DNA from: a virus
Direction: 5' to 3' (one strand)
DNA length: 64,000 nt
Virus record (IMG/VR): IMGVR_UViG_3300020180_000010
Span: 32,001-96,000 of that record
The translations under genes were made by a program, and so were the position numbers. The number at the start of each line of letters is the position of its first letter. Positions within the stretch are counted from its first letter, which is position 1. Below the pieces are notes generated by a model, which was not told the origin of the DNA, did not search any database, and worked only from the letters and a program-made list of their open reading frames with translations. This document shows positions 9,777-17,914 of this stretch, piece by piece.

Positions 9777-9954
9777 GCAACTGGAACGAAGTTATTGAAA
9801 GGATCCTTTTAGGAGGAGGGGTTGGTTCATGATTATTATTTGCTTCGGCACATTCAGGACAAACCTCCAACGGAGGGTCCTGGATGGACTGCCGTACTTC
9901 AAACGTCCCGTGTACTGAACATTCATATTCGTAAATCATTCGTCTCTCATACAT
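9727..9954 (-). CDS. FmdB-family zinc-ribbon protein
   Basis: IYEYECSVHGTFE...CPEC...SFQLRGQGW. Confidence 0.8.
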   Translation of the reverse strand: MYERRMIYEYECSVHGTFEVRQSIQDPPLEVCPECAEANNNHEPTPPPKRILSITSFQLRGQGWARDNYSGGGRG

Positions 9955-9990
9955 AACAAATAATTAGTTGGTAAAAATCAGGCAAATATG

Positions 9991-10287
9991 TTATCTTCGA
10001 CGTCTTTCGGCAGCGCTTAAATTGCTATGATATTTGGCCTCACCGATCAGATTTGCTAGGACATTTTCGTTTCGACCAGCTTCTCGTTTGAGATCACTTA
10101 TATCTTTTTGCATTTTATTTGTCATTTCATGTCCGGTCAATTCTACAATTCCCTTGCCGGACCCGCCGGATATTAATCTTTTAGATTCTCCATTGCATTC
10201 TGGGCACGGTGGCACCGGAGCGGTAATGCTGTAAAACTGCTCAAATTCTTTCTGACAAACCAAACATTCATGAACATAAGTAGGCAT
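9991..10287 (-). CDS. FmdB-family zinc-ribbon protein
   Basis: MPTYVHECLVC..EFE...CPECNG..KRLIS. Confidence 0.85.
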   Translation of the reverse strand: MPTYVHECLVCQKEFEQFYSITAPVPPCPECNGESKRLISGGSGKGIVELTGHEMTNKMQKDISDLKREAGRNENVLANLIGEAKYHSNLSAAERRRR

Positions 10288-10295
10288 GCATCAAC

Positions 10296-10350
10296 TATAT
10301 CCGATAGGATCGGTTTATATCCGATAGGATCGACTTATATTCGACAGGAG
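10296..10350. repeat. 20-bp tandem repeat, two near-perfect copies plus one degenerate copy
   Basis: tatatccgataggatcggtt / tatatccgataggatcgact / tatattcgacaggag. Confidence 0.8.
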
Positions 10351-10362
10351 TATTATTATAGA

Positions 10363-10536
10363 TTAGCTATCTAATAATTTAAAAATTCTAGAAACAACTT
10401 CATCTGAAGAAAGAACAGGTTTATGCCTACAGCTTCCATCTGATTCAATATTAGTCCCGCCCTTTAAATAACATAATTCGCATGGTAGTTTGCTAGCAAT
10501 ATTAAATAATTTTTGTTTTAATTTACATTTATTCAT
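10363..10536 (-). CDS. Small hypothetical protein (57 aa, CxxC)
   Basis: Hand translation MNKCKLKQKLFNIASKLPCELCYLKGGTNIESDGSCRHKPVLSSDEVVSRIFKLLDS; fills the gap on the coding strand. Confidence 0.5.
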   Translation of the reverse strand: MNKCKLKQKLFNIASKLPCELCYLKGGTNIESDGSCRHKPVLSSDEVVSRIFKLLDS

Positions 10537-10546
10537 TAAAAATAAA

Positions 10547-11176
10547 TTACCAAATTGGAATCATTTTTATCAAACGGAGAAATTCTTCATTATTAGAACA
10601 ATTTATTATTTTGCCATGGTAAAACCATTCTTCTGTACCATGGTAAAACCATTCTTCTGTACCGCTGGCATATTCGCAAGCTGGTCCATCTTCTCGATGA
10701 CGTTTGCCATTGAGATACCAGCGTTTAGTGCCATCGGCATATTCAATAGCAGGCCCGTCTTCTCTATGAAGATTGCCATTGAGATACCAATGTTTATCGC
10801 AATTAACATATTCAACAGCCGGACCATCTTCTCTATGAAGTTCACCATCAAGATACCATTTTTTAATACCATTATCAAATTCAATAGCTGGTCCATCTTC
10901 TCTATGAATCTCACCATTCCGATACCATATTTTAGTACCATGGGCATATTCGCAAGCAGGCCCATCTTCTCTATGAAGATTGCCATTGAGATACCAATGT
11001 TTATCGCCATTAACATATTCAACAGCCGGTCCATCTTCTCGATGAAGCTTGCAGTTTAAACACCATTTTTTAGTACCATCGGCATATTCGCAAGCTGGTC
11101 CATCTTCTCTATGAAGCTCACCATTTAGATACCAATGTTTATCGCCATTGGCATGTTCGACAATTTTTATTGACAT
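10547..11176 (-). CDS. HREDGPA-repeat protein, copy 1 (7 repeats of 23 aa)
   Basis: WYLNGxxHREDGPA(C/V/I)EYxxGxK repeats, C-terminus GKIINCSNNEEFLRLIKMIPIW, and a 24-bp duplication (GTEEWFYH x2). Confidence 0.85.
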   Translation of the reverse strand: MSIKIVEHANGDKHWYLNGELHREDGPACEYADGTKKWCLNCKLHREDGPAVEYVNGDKHWYLNGNLHREDGPACEYAHGTKIWYRNGEIHREDGPAIEFDNGIKKWYLDGELHREDGPAVEYVNCDKHWYLNGNLHREDGPAIEYADGTKRWYLNGKRHREDGPACEYASGTEEWFYHGTEEWFYHGKIINCSNNEEFLRLIKMIPIW

Positions 11177-11185
11177 GTGATATTT

Positions 11186-11359
11186 TTATTTTAAATGAAG
11201 ATTTTTCCCGATCATTATGAATTCAATATCCTGTGACCAATTCTTTTTAATGAATTGTTTATATTTCTCAGAAATTACTTCAAACGTAACGAATACTTTG
11301 CCAGTATTTTCATCCGTTTCCACACGAATCGCCTGAGCAACGGTTTCGTATTCTGACAT
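11186..11359 (-). CDS. Small hypothetical protein (57 aa)
   Basis: Hand translation MSEYETVAQAIRVETDENTGKVFVTFEVISEKYKQFIKKNWSQDIEFIMIGKNLHLK; TGATG overlap with the dnaB stop. Confidence 0.65.
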   Translation of the reverse strand: MSEYETVAQAIRVETDENTGKVFVTFEVISEKYKQFIKKNWSQDIEFIMIGKNLHLK

Positions 11360-12741
11360 CAGAATATTTCTCCCGAGATATCATCAGCTCCTGATATTTC
11401 TCCGGCGTCATCTTGAGGATCATTCTGAAGTCCACAGCAAGCGAAATTCTTAATCAATCTACCTCGTACATTCTCACCGTCACGGTTTTTAATGATATGT
11501 ACGATCATGTCGGGATGCATATTCTCTTCTGGACGCTTTTCAATCTGAAGCGCAACATTTGCGTTCTGAATAATTAATGCAGATCTGCCGATCCTATGGG
11601 CACCGATTTTATCATCTTGAGCCGTATCTTTTCCTTTTTGCATACGATTCAGCTGGACCGCGCTCAACACACATACATTGTAAACACGTGCGAATTCATG
11701 AAGCGAGCCTGATATGGCTCCAAGCTTCAGCCAATCATCCATATCCCCATGGTGTTCCATGAGTCCCAAATAATCCACTACCACAACATCAGGATGGAAT
11801 CTTGCCTTTACATCATTGAAAATTGTTTCGATGCCCTCAATAGTCGCGCCACGCGGAATATCAACGATCTCAAATTCATTCGGGTAACGTTTGATAAATG
11901 CCAATGCCTGACGGACCCGCTCATGCTGGTCTTTTGTCAGAGTACCGTCACGTATCGATCTATACGGAACATCTGCAAGCCTCGAAACAATGCGATTCAA
12001 ACATTGTTCATAAGGCATTTCTAAGGAGAAAAATAGAATATTGTATCCGGTTTTGAATTCAGTGCTACTGATAGTATTTTGCTGTAGCCACATCTGGATG
12101 GCAAAATTCATCAGGAGCATGCTTTTACCGCTCCCGCTTTCGCCCGCTACCAGGAAAAGCTCCGCAGGTCTCAATCCATTTGTTTGGAAATCTAGAAAAT
12201 TATAACCCGTAAGTATCCCTCTACCAAAATTCGGGTCTCTCTGCTTGGCAGAGTAACGATCAACGAAATCCTTAATCGAGTCCTTGAGAGTCTTTTGATT
12301 AAAAGGACTACTTTTGTATAAAGTCTTGATTTTTTCAGTAACGGAATGGATCGCGCTGAGATTTTTTAACGGATCCCCATGAAGTTTTTCATCACTGAAT
12401 ACATTGTCACGCAGCGATAGGAGAAGAGATTCAGCATAACGATCTTTTATTTGCTTCAGATCATGTTTGAATTCTTTATCATTGAGCGGAACCGATTCAA
12501 CCGCAGTCCAGGTTTGTTTTAGATAATCTGCTCTTTGCTGATTATCTTGCCCAGTAAACTCAATCAGAGTACGGAGGGTCGGAAGATCTTTGTAAACTTT
12601 GATATATTGACATACCTGCTTTGCAAAGAGGTACGTATCGGTCTGAAAAACGAACTCTCCGCATTCAGATATGAATTCCGACGCGTTCTTTTTATTCGAA
12701 ATAAGTGTCGCGAGGATCCTTAAATCAAGCTGATCAGTCAT
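11359..12741 (-). CDS. dnaB: Replicative DnaB-like helicase
   Basis: AGESGSGKS Walker A, FSLEM, VVDYLGLM, SAVQLNR and IIKNRDG. Confidence 0.92.
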   Translation of the reverse strand: MTDQLDLRILATLISNKKNASEFISECGEFVFQTDTYLFAKQVCQYIKVYKDLPTLRTLIEFTGQDNQQRADYLKQTWTAVESVPLNDKEFKHDLKQIKDRYAESLLLSLRDNVFSDEKLHGDPLKNLSAIHSVTEKIKTLYKSSPFNQKTLKDSIKDFVDRYSAKQRDPNFGRGILTGYNFLDFQTNGLRPAELFLVAGESGSGKSMLLMNFAIQMWLQQNTISSTEFKTGYNILFFSLEMPYEQCLNRIVSRLADVPYRSIRDGTLTKDQHERVRQALAFIKRYPNEFEIVDIPRGATIEGIETIFNDVKARFHPDVVVVDYLGLMEHHGDMDDWLKLGAISGSLHEFARVYNVCVLSAVQLNRMQKGKDTAQDDKIGAHRIGRSALIIQNANVALQIEKRPEENMHPDMIVHIIKNRDGENVRGRLIKNFACCGLQNDPQDDAGEISGADDISGEIF

Positions 12742-12949
12742 ACTGATCCAGTCTGCTCAGGAGCTAGTCTCGTCAAATACCTTTTAGGTATTGATTCCTA
12801 AGCGCAACGTGCTGGCTGGCGTGACATCCTGGACATATAATTAGGCCGTACCGCGAGAGACAGTGAGTGAGTGCTTTGAGGTTCCGTCATCAGTATGATC
12901 TTTTGCAGATCCAATATCCAGATTTCTCATTGTAGTGATTTTTCTTTAA

Positions 12950-13450
12950 TTACCAAATTGGAATCATTTTTATCAAACGGAGAAATTCTTCATTATTAGA
13001 ACAATTTATTATTTTGCCATGGTAATACCATTGTGTAGCGCCATACTTATGGTCAATAGCTGGTCCGTCCTCTCTATGAAATTTACCTTCAAAAAACCAT
13101 TCTTTGTCACCATTGGCATATTCAACAGCTGGACCATCTTCTCTATGACGCCTACCATTTAGATACCAATATTTGCTACCATCGATATATTCGCAAGCTG
13201 GTCCATCTTCTCTATGAAGCTCACAATTTAGATACCAATGTTTATCGCCATTATACAGTTCAATGGCCGGTCCGTCTTCTCGATGACGTTTGCCGTTCAG
13301 ATACCAGCGTTTAGTGCCATCGGCATATTCAATAGCAGGCCCATCTTCTCTATGAAGTTGACTATTTAGATACCAATATTTGCTACCATCGACTCTTTCA
13401 AATAGCTGACTGCTGCTGCTACTACTTTTATCTTTTCTATGAAGTTTCAT
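12950..13450 (-). CDS. HREDGPA-repeat protein, copy 2 (5 repeats)
   Basis: Same repeat; last 76 bp identical to copy 1; ATGA overlap with the DnaC-like gene. Confidence 0.85.
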   Translation of the reverse strand: MKLHRKDKSSSSSSQLFERVDGSKYWYLNSQLHREDGPAIEYADGTKRWYLNGKRHREDGPAIELYNGDKHWYLNCELHREDGPACEYIDGSKYWYLNGRRHREDGPAVEYANGDKEWFFEGKFHREDGPAIDHKYGATQWYYHGKIINCSNNEEFLRLIKMIPIW

Positions 13451-14205
13451 TTTTTGTTATGCATTGTTTTCCTAAAGTCCTCACCAAAAACCGGCACAAC
13501 CTTTACGTATCCCTTCATCAGTGAATCAATGCTTTGTTTGATTGGCCCGGAGAATGTTTCTACAACATTCGGAGAATTTGTACACATGAATGTTGGGAGC
13601 CTATTTTGAGATCGGGTACGGAAGATGTTTTCAAGAGTTCTTCCGAAAAGATCCGATGCATTATCTGTAGGCATGAATCTGGAATCAAATTCATCAATTA
13701 CAAGAAAATCAACTGTAGTTAGTTCTCTCCTTGCTATGTATTTTTCAGATTCTTCCTTAGAAAGCATAGTTGAAACGATATCACTAAGAGTTGTATAAAG
13801 ACCAGAATAACCTTTTAATGTTGAAGTTTTAATGATATTCGTAACTACGGAGCTTTTTCCTACTCCGTGCAGTCCTGCGAAACATAAAGACATTCCTTTT
13901 GTATAAATACCAGGAAGATCTTTGATAATTTCGTAATATTTTTCTTTTAGTTTTGCCTCGCCTTGGAATGATTTCATATCCAGGTCCCAATACTCAACCG
14001 GGACGTTAGATTCGGCGTATCTACGGATTGCGATGGTTCGGTATAGGCAAGATTTGCAGAGACCGTCATTGAGATTATCGGTTATTTTTGTTTTGGTTAC
14101 GGAGCAATCTGGACAAAGCTGGATTATTTGAAATATCTTTTCCAGAATCTTTCTGGGCGGGATATTGTTGAGAGCGCGACTTCTGGTTAAAGTTTGGGAC
14201 ACCAT
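13447..14205 (-). CDS. DnaC/IstB-like AAA+ helicase loader
   Basis: N-terminal CxxC...CxxC, GLHGVGKS Walker A, LVIDEF Walker B, R..NRLPTFMCTN and GEDFR. Confidence 0.85.
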   Translation of the reverse strand: MVSQTLTRSRALNNIPPRKILEKIFQIIQLCPDCSVTKTKITDNLNDGLCKSCLYRTIAIRRYAESNVPVEYWDLDMKSFQGEAKLKEKYYEIIKDLPGIYTKGMSLCFAGLHGVGKSSVVTNIIKTSTLKGYSGLYTTLSDIVSTMLSKEESEKYIARRELTTVDFLVIDEFDSRFMPTDNASDLFGRTLENIFRTRSQNRLPTFMCTNSPNVVETFSGPIKQSIDSLMKGYVKVVPVFGEDFRKTMHNKK

Positions 14206-14785
14206 ATTGTACCTGCTGAACCTGCATCATTTCATGAGACGTGAGGTTATTACGGATCTCTTCACGATCAATCTCGTTTAATTGCTTACGAAGATCTGCC
14301 AATCGCTCCAATTGCGCCCGGCTTCGGTTCCCGGTCCTGGCTAGACTATTGAACTCATTTTGAAGTTCTTCCCTGGTCTCAGCCAGTTTGTTCGGGACCT
14401 CTGATTCTGAATTTTCAAATAAATCATCAAAAAGGTTTTCTGGAGAGTCGTTAGACTGTGACCTCACGACCTCCACTCCTTCTTGATCAAACTCATCTAC
14501 CCACATTTCTTCTTGTGGGGTTAGTGTCGGTCCCAATAAAGAGGACATGCCTGCATCACGAGCCTGACTCTCTCTAGGGTTGTGATGCGTTTCAGATTGA
14601 GTCGAAGAGATTTCCGACTGAACCTTTACTGCCAAGACATCCTGTTTAGTTTTTAGTATGATAAATGTTCCACCATCGTGAGCCGCCAGAACAGACTCTT
14701 GGTCTGTCCAGGTACGCACGACACCTTCAAACACAACACCGTTACCGAACATCACCTTTACACGTTGACCCGCCAATGGTTTCAT
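14075..14785 (-). CDS. Hypothetical protein with possible Sm/LSm-like N-terminal domain
   Basis: GQRVKVMFGNGVVFEGVVRTWTD resembles the Sm1 motif, followed by an acidic linker and a coiled coil. Confidence 0.5.
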   Translation of the reverse strand: MKPLAGQRVKVMFGNGVVFEGVVRTWTDQESVLAAHDGGTFIILKTKQDVLAVKVQSEISSTQSETHHNPRESQARDAGMSSLLGPTLTPQEEMWVDEFDQEGVEVVRSQSNDSPENLFDDLFENSESEVPNKLAETREELQNEFNSLARTGNRSRAQLERLADLRKQLNEIDREEIRNNLTSHEMMQVQQVQYGVPNFNQKSRSQQYPAQKDSGKDISNNPALSRLLRNQNKNNR

Positions 14786-15381
14786 TTAAGTTTCTCCAAT
14801 ATTGAAAAATCAAAGCCAAGAGCCTTTAATTTTTGACATGCTTCTAAATATTTAGGATCGGCTCCATCATCCTGAGCCGCCATAACTAAAAAAGCCAAGC
14901 TTCCGTAGGTTTCACAGCTAGGAAGATTTAGATTCGATAATGCTTCCAAACACGGTGGTGGAAGAAAAGAGTCACGCCGGACTTCTTTCCTGGCCATGTA
15001 TTTAAATTTGAAATCTGTAATGAAAATATTATTGGCCAGAAAACCTATCGCGGTGATACGTTTATTCGTTCCGACAATTTTCGTATCGAAGATCCAATCA
15101 ATATATTCTTTCAAGGTTACGGGATCCGTACTGAGGGACGCGGCGACTCGACTCAATTGATACACTTCATAAGATTTTGACGGAGCCGCGTTAAACTTGA
15201 ACGAATAATCAACTCCATATTGATCTTTATATCGCTTGACGAAATAACCAATCAGATGGGCGGCCTTCCATTTAGAAGGTTCTAATGTATTAATTTCAGA
15301 GAATTTATCAAAGAATTTTTTGTAATGAATGGAAGGTGTAGAAGTGAAGTCCGCGTCATCTGCATTAGATTTCTTTTTCAT
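14782..15381 (-). CDS. Hypothetical protein, possible replication initiator / loader partner
   Basis: Helical 199-aa ORF heading the operon with the DnaC-like gene; function inferred from position only. Confidence 0.45.
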   Translation of the reverse strand: MKKKSNADDADFTSTPSIHYKKFFDKFSEINTLEPSKWKAAHLIGYFVKRYKDQYGVDYSFKFNAAPSKSYEVYQLSRVAASLSTDPVTLKEYIDWIFDTKIVGTNKRITAIGFLANNIFITDFKFKYMARKEVRRDSFLPPPCLEALSNLNLPSCETYGSLAFLVMAAQDDGADPKYLEACQKLKALGFDFSILEKLK

Positions 15382-15444
15382 TTAAATAATTTCTATACGT
15401 TAAAATAGCACGGTGAGACGCTTGAAGTCGAAGAGATCATAACT

Positions 15445-15984
15445 TCACCAAATTGCTATCATTTTTATCAGGCGGGTGAATTCTTCATTATCAAAACAAT
15501 TTATTTCGTTTCCATTCAGAAACCATTGTTTATGACCATTAACATATTCAACAGCCGGACCATCTTCTCGATGACGTTTACCGTTTTGGTACCAAAATTT
15601 GTTACCATCGATATATTCGCAAGCTGGTCCATCTTCTCGATGATGAATGCCATTCAGATACCACTCTTTACCACCTTTGTAATTTTCAATGGCCGGTCCG
15701 TCTTCTCGATGACGTTTGCCATTGAGATACCAATGTTTATCGCCATTAACATATTCAACTCGATGAAGCCTACCATTTAGATACCAATATTTGCTACCAT
15801 CGACATATTCGCAAGCTGGTCCATCTTCTCTATGAAGATTGCCATTGAGACACCAATGTTTATCGCCATTAACATATTCAACAGCCGGACCATCTTCTCG
15901 ATGAAGCCTACCATTTAGATACCAATGTTTATCGCCATTGACAAATTCAACACTCGGGTCTTCATGTTTATAAAATAAATTCAT
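15445..15984 (-). CDS. HREDGPA-repeat protein, copy 3 (5 repeats plus one unit lacking EDGPA)
   Basis: Same repeat; C-terminus GNEINCFDNEEFTRLIKMIAIW. Confidence 0.85.
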   Translation of the reverse strand: MNLFYKHEDPSVEFVNGDKHWYLNGRLHREDGPAVEYVNGDKHWCLNGNLHREDGPACEYVDGSKYWYLNGRLHRVEYVNGDKHWYLNGKRHREDGPAIENYKGGKEWYLNGIHHREDGPACEYIDGNKFWYQNGKRHREDGPAVEYVNGHKQWFLNGNEINCFDNEEFTRLIKMIAIW

Positions 15985-16010
15985 TATTGTATAGATTTAT
16001 TTATTTTTTA

Positions 16011-16403
16011 CTAAACAATACTGATAAGTTTTTCATAATCCTGTGGTACATGACGTTGTATTAGAGGTCCGGCGTTATAAATGATAATTTTATCAGAATT
16101 CAATAATTCAAATGTTGATTCGGCATTTTCTGCAAAAACCACCGGCATACCATAAATATATTGCCATGACAAATACCATGGATACATAATAGAAATTATT
16201 GTTTCGTGCCCAAATGTTATATTATTTAGACTTAAAACCCTAAGAGATTCCATTGAGTTTAGAGGATATTTCTTGTAAGATACAAATAAACTTTTATTAT
16301 CAGTATAGGTACGGTGATAGTCTGATATGAATTCATATTCATCGATAAGCTCGGCACCTCTGGCAAACATTTTGGTAAGAAAAATTATTTTTTCTTGTTC
16401 CAC
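16011..16403 (-). CDS. Hypothetical AT-rich accessory protein
   Basis: 130-aa ORF overlapping the helicase end. Confidence 0.55.
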   Translation of the reverse strand: MEQEKIIFLTKMFARGAELIDEYEFISDYHRTYTDNKSLFVSYKKYPLNSMESLRVLSLNNITFGHETIISIMYPWYLSWQYIYGMPVVFAENAESTFELLNSDKIIIYNAGPLIQRHVPQDYEKLISIV

Positions 16404-17881
16404 TTTACGTCAAAACCTTCTTCTGATTTATAGACTTTATATCTTATTTTAGAGTGTTTATCGAGCCACTTGCAATTATCGGCAAAATCAACCACCGCCG
16501 CAAAACGTTTGCCAGGAAACTTACGGATGACCCGACCGATCCTTTGGATCGATTTTATGCTTGATTTACCAGCACACGCGATCACCAGTCCTGATAGGGA
16601 GGGCAGGTCGACCCCTATCTCGAAGATCTTTGAGGCCAAGATGCATTTGATCTTACCCTCGGTTAATTGCTTCTTCACCGCCTCACGCTCCTCCGCTGAA
16701 TCTGAACCATCCAGAATCGCACATGGTAACTCCTGACGAATCATGTCATACAATATTCTACCGTGAGATAAATTGTTAAACAGAACAAGTGTCTGGTATC
16801 CCTGATCAACAATCTGTTTCGTTGCCTTCAGAACCAATTCATTCCGTACAGGATTCTCCACTACGTATTTTTTATATACTGATTGATAATTGTTCTGTAT
16901 CTCTCCATCATATTCCGGAACTGTCATGAACCTGATTATAGGCCTGGCAAGCAATCCCCTCTCGATAAGATAACTTGCCGGAATATTAACTATATATTTT
17001 CCAAGGATCCCTTCAACCAACAAATCTGCATTGTCTTCCCTCCAAGGAGACCCGGATAATCCATAAATATATTCTGATGATTTTAAATGCTTGTATATTT
17101 TCTGAATAGTTTCACACGCACAAACATGACACTCATCAAACTGATGAACCTTTGCAGTTTCGATCATTTTGATAATATCATTCTTTTTATCAAGATTCAG
17201 TGTCTCATCATCTTGCTCCGAATCAACCAGAATCTCATTCTTTTTCAATCCTAATGCTTGACCGATTGTCCAGATACTAGCGATGGTCACGTTACGGATG
17301 TTACAGTGCCCATCACCTACCATTCCGACGTTTTCTGTTCCGAGCAATTCTGAATAAAGATTATAAAATTGATAAAGAAGATCTTTTCCAATTACATAAA
17401 TAACTGTAGATCGGTTCAGATCACATGTAATTAGAAGTGAAATTAATGATTTTCCTGAACCTGTAGCGGATTTAATTATCCCACGATCATGCAGTCGAAC
17501 CTGATCCAAAACTGCTAATTGATAATCATATGGTTCTTTCCCAATAGCTTTTAATTTTAATAAAATATTGTCAAGATCAGGTTTAACACTTGATTTAGCT
17601 GGACGCTGATCCTGAACGGTATACTGGATATTCTGTTCAGAATAGAACTGCTGTATCCTGGGAACTAAACCCGTTGGAAATTTTAGATCTCCTGTAAGTA
17701 TTTTCCGTACACCATCCCAACGTTGGAATTTACCAGACTTATCAACGAATCCTTTAAAAGCTCGGCTATACTGGGCGCCCGGAACTCGAAATGATAGGAG
17801 CTGATCCAATCTGATCAATAGCTCAGGATCATCTTCAGATTGTATCTGGCTATAATTTCCCAGTATAACGATTTGACGCAT
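16385..17881 (-). CDS. Superfamily II DNA helicase (UvsW-like)
   Basis: YDYQ Q-motif, SATGSGKS, FDECH, GLSGSP, GVDLP and QRIGRVIR. Confidence 0.9.
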   Translation of the reverse strand: MRQIVILGNYSQIQSEDDPELLIRLDQLLSFRVPGAQYSRAFKGFVDKSGKFQRWDGVRKILTGDLKFPTGLVPRIQQFYSEQNIQYTVQDQRPAKSSVKPDLDNILLKLKAIGKEPYDYQLAVLDQVRLHDRGIIKSATGSGKSLISLLITCDLNRSTVIYVIGKDLLYQFYNLYSELLGTENVGMVGDGHCNIRNVTIASIWTIGQALGLKKNEILVDSEQDDETLNLDKKNDIIKMIETAKVHQFDECHVCACETIQKIYKHLKSSEYIYGLSGSPWREDNADLLVEGILGKYIVNIPASYLIERGLLARPIIRFMTVPEYDGEIQNNYQSVYKKYVVENPVRNELVLKATKQIVDQGYQTLVLFNNLSHGRILYDMIRQELPCAILDGSDSAEEREAVKKQLTEGKIKCILASKIFEIGVDLPSLSGLVIACAGKSSIKSIQRIGRVIRKFPGKRFAAVVDFADNCKWLDKHSKIRYKVYKSEEGFDVKWNKKK

Positions 17882-17914
17882 ATATAATTATATGCGGCGA
17901 TTTCCATTATATCG

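Noticed and set aside
10296-10350. Mini CRISPR array
   Set aside because: Repeats are directly adjacent with no unique spacers, and no cas genes are present.
10490-11059. Plus-strand 189-aa ORF and alternate-frame 10606..11034 ORF with repeats
   Set aside because: Shadow frames of the 69-bp repeat gene; the same applies to 15526..15780.
5393-12741. Introns or inteins in nrdA, nrdB or dnaB
   Set aside because: Lengths are typical and motifs are contiguous; no intein termini or homing endonuclease seen.
12742-12949. ncRNA or small ORF (29 aa, MRNLDIGSAK...) upstream of dnaB
   Set aside because: Only a 7-bp hairpin and a very short ORF; not enough support for a call.
10547-15984. Diversity-generating retroelement (TR/VR) explanation for the near-identical repeat genes
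   Set aside because: No reverse transcriptase in the window, all copies are intact ORFs, and differences are not confined to adenines.
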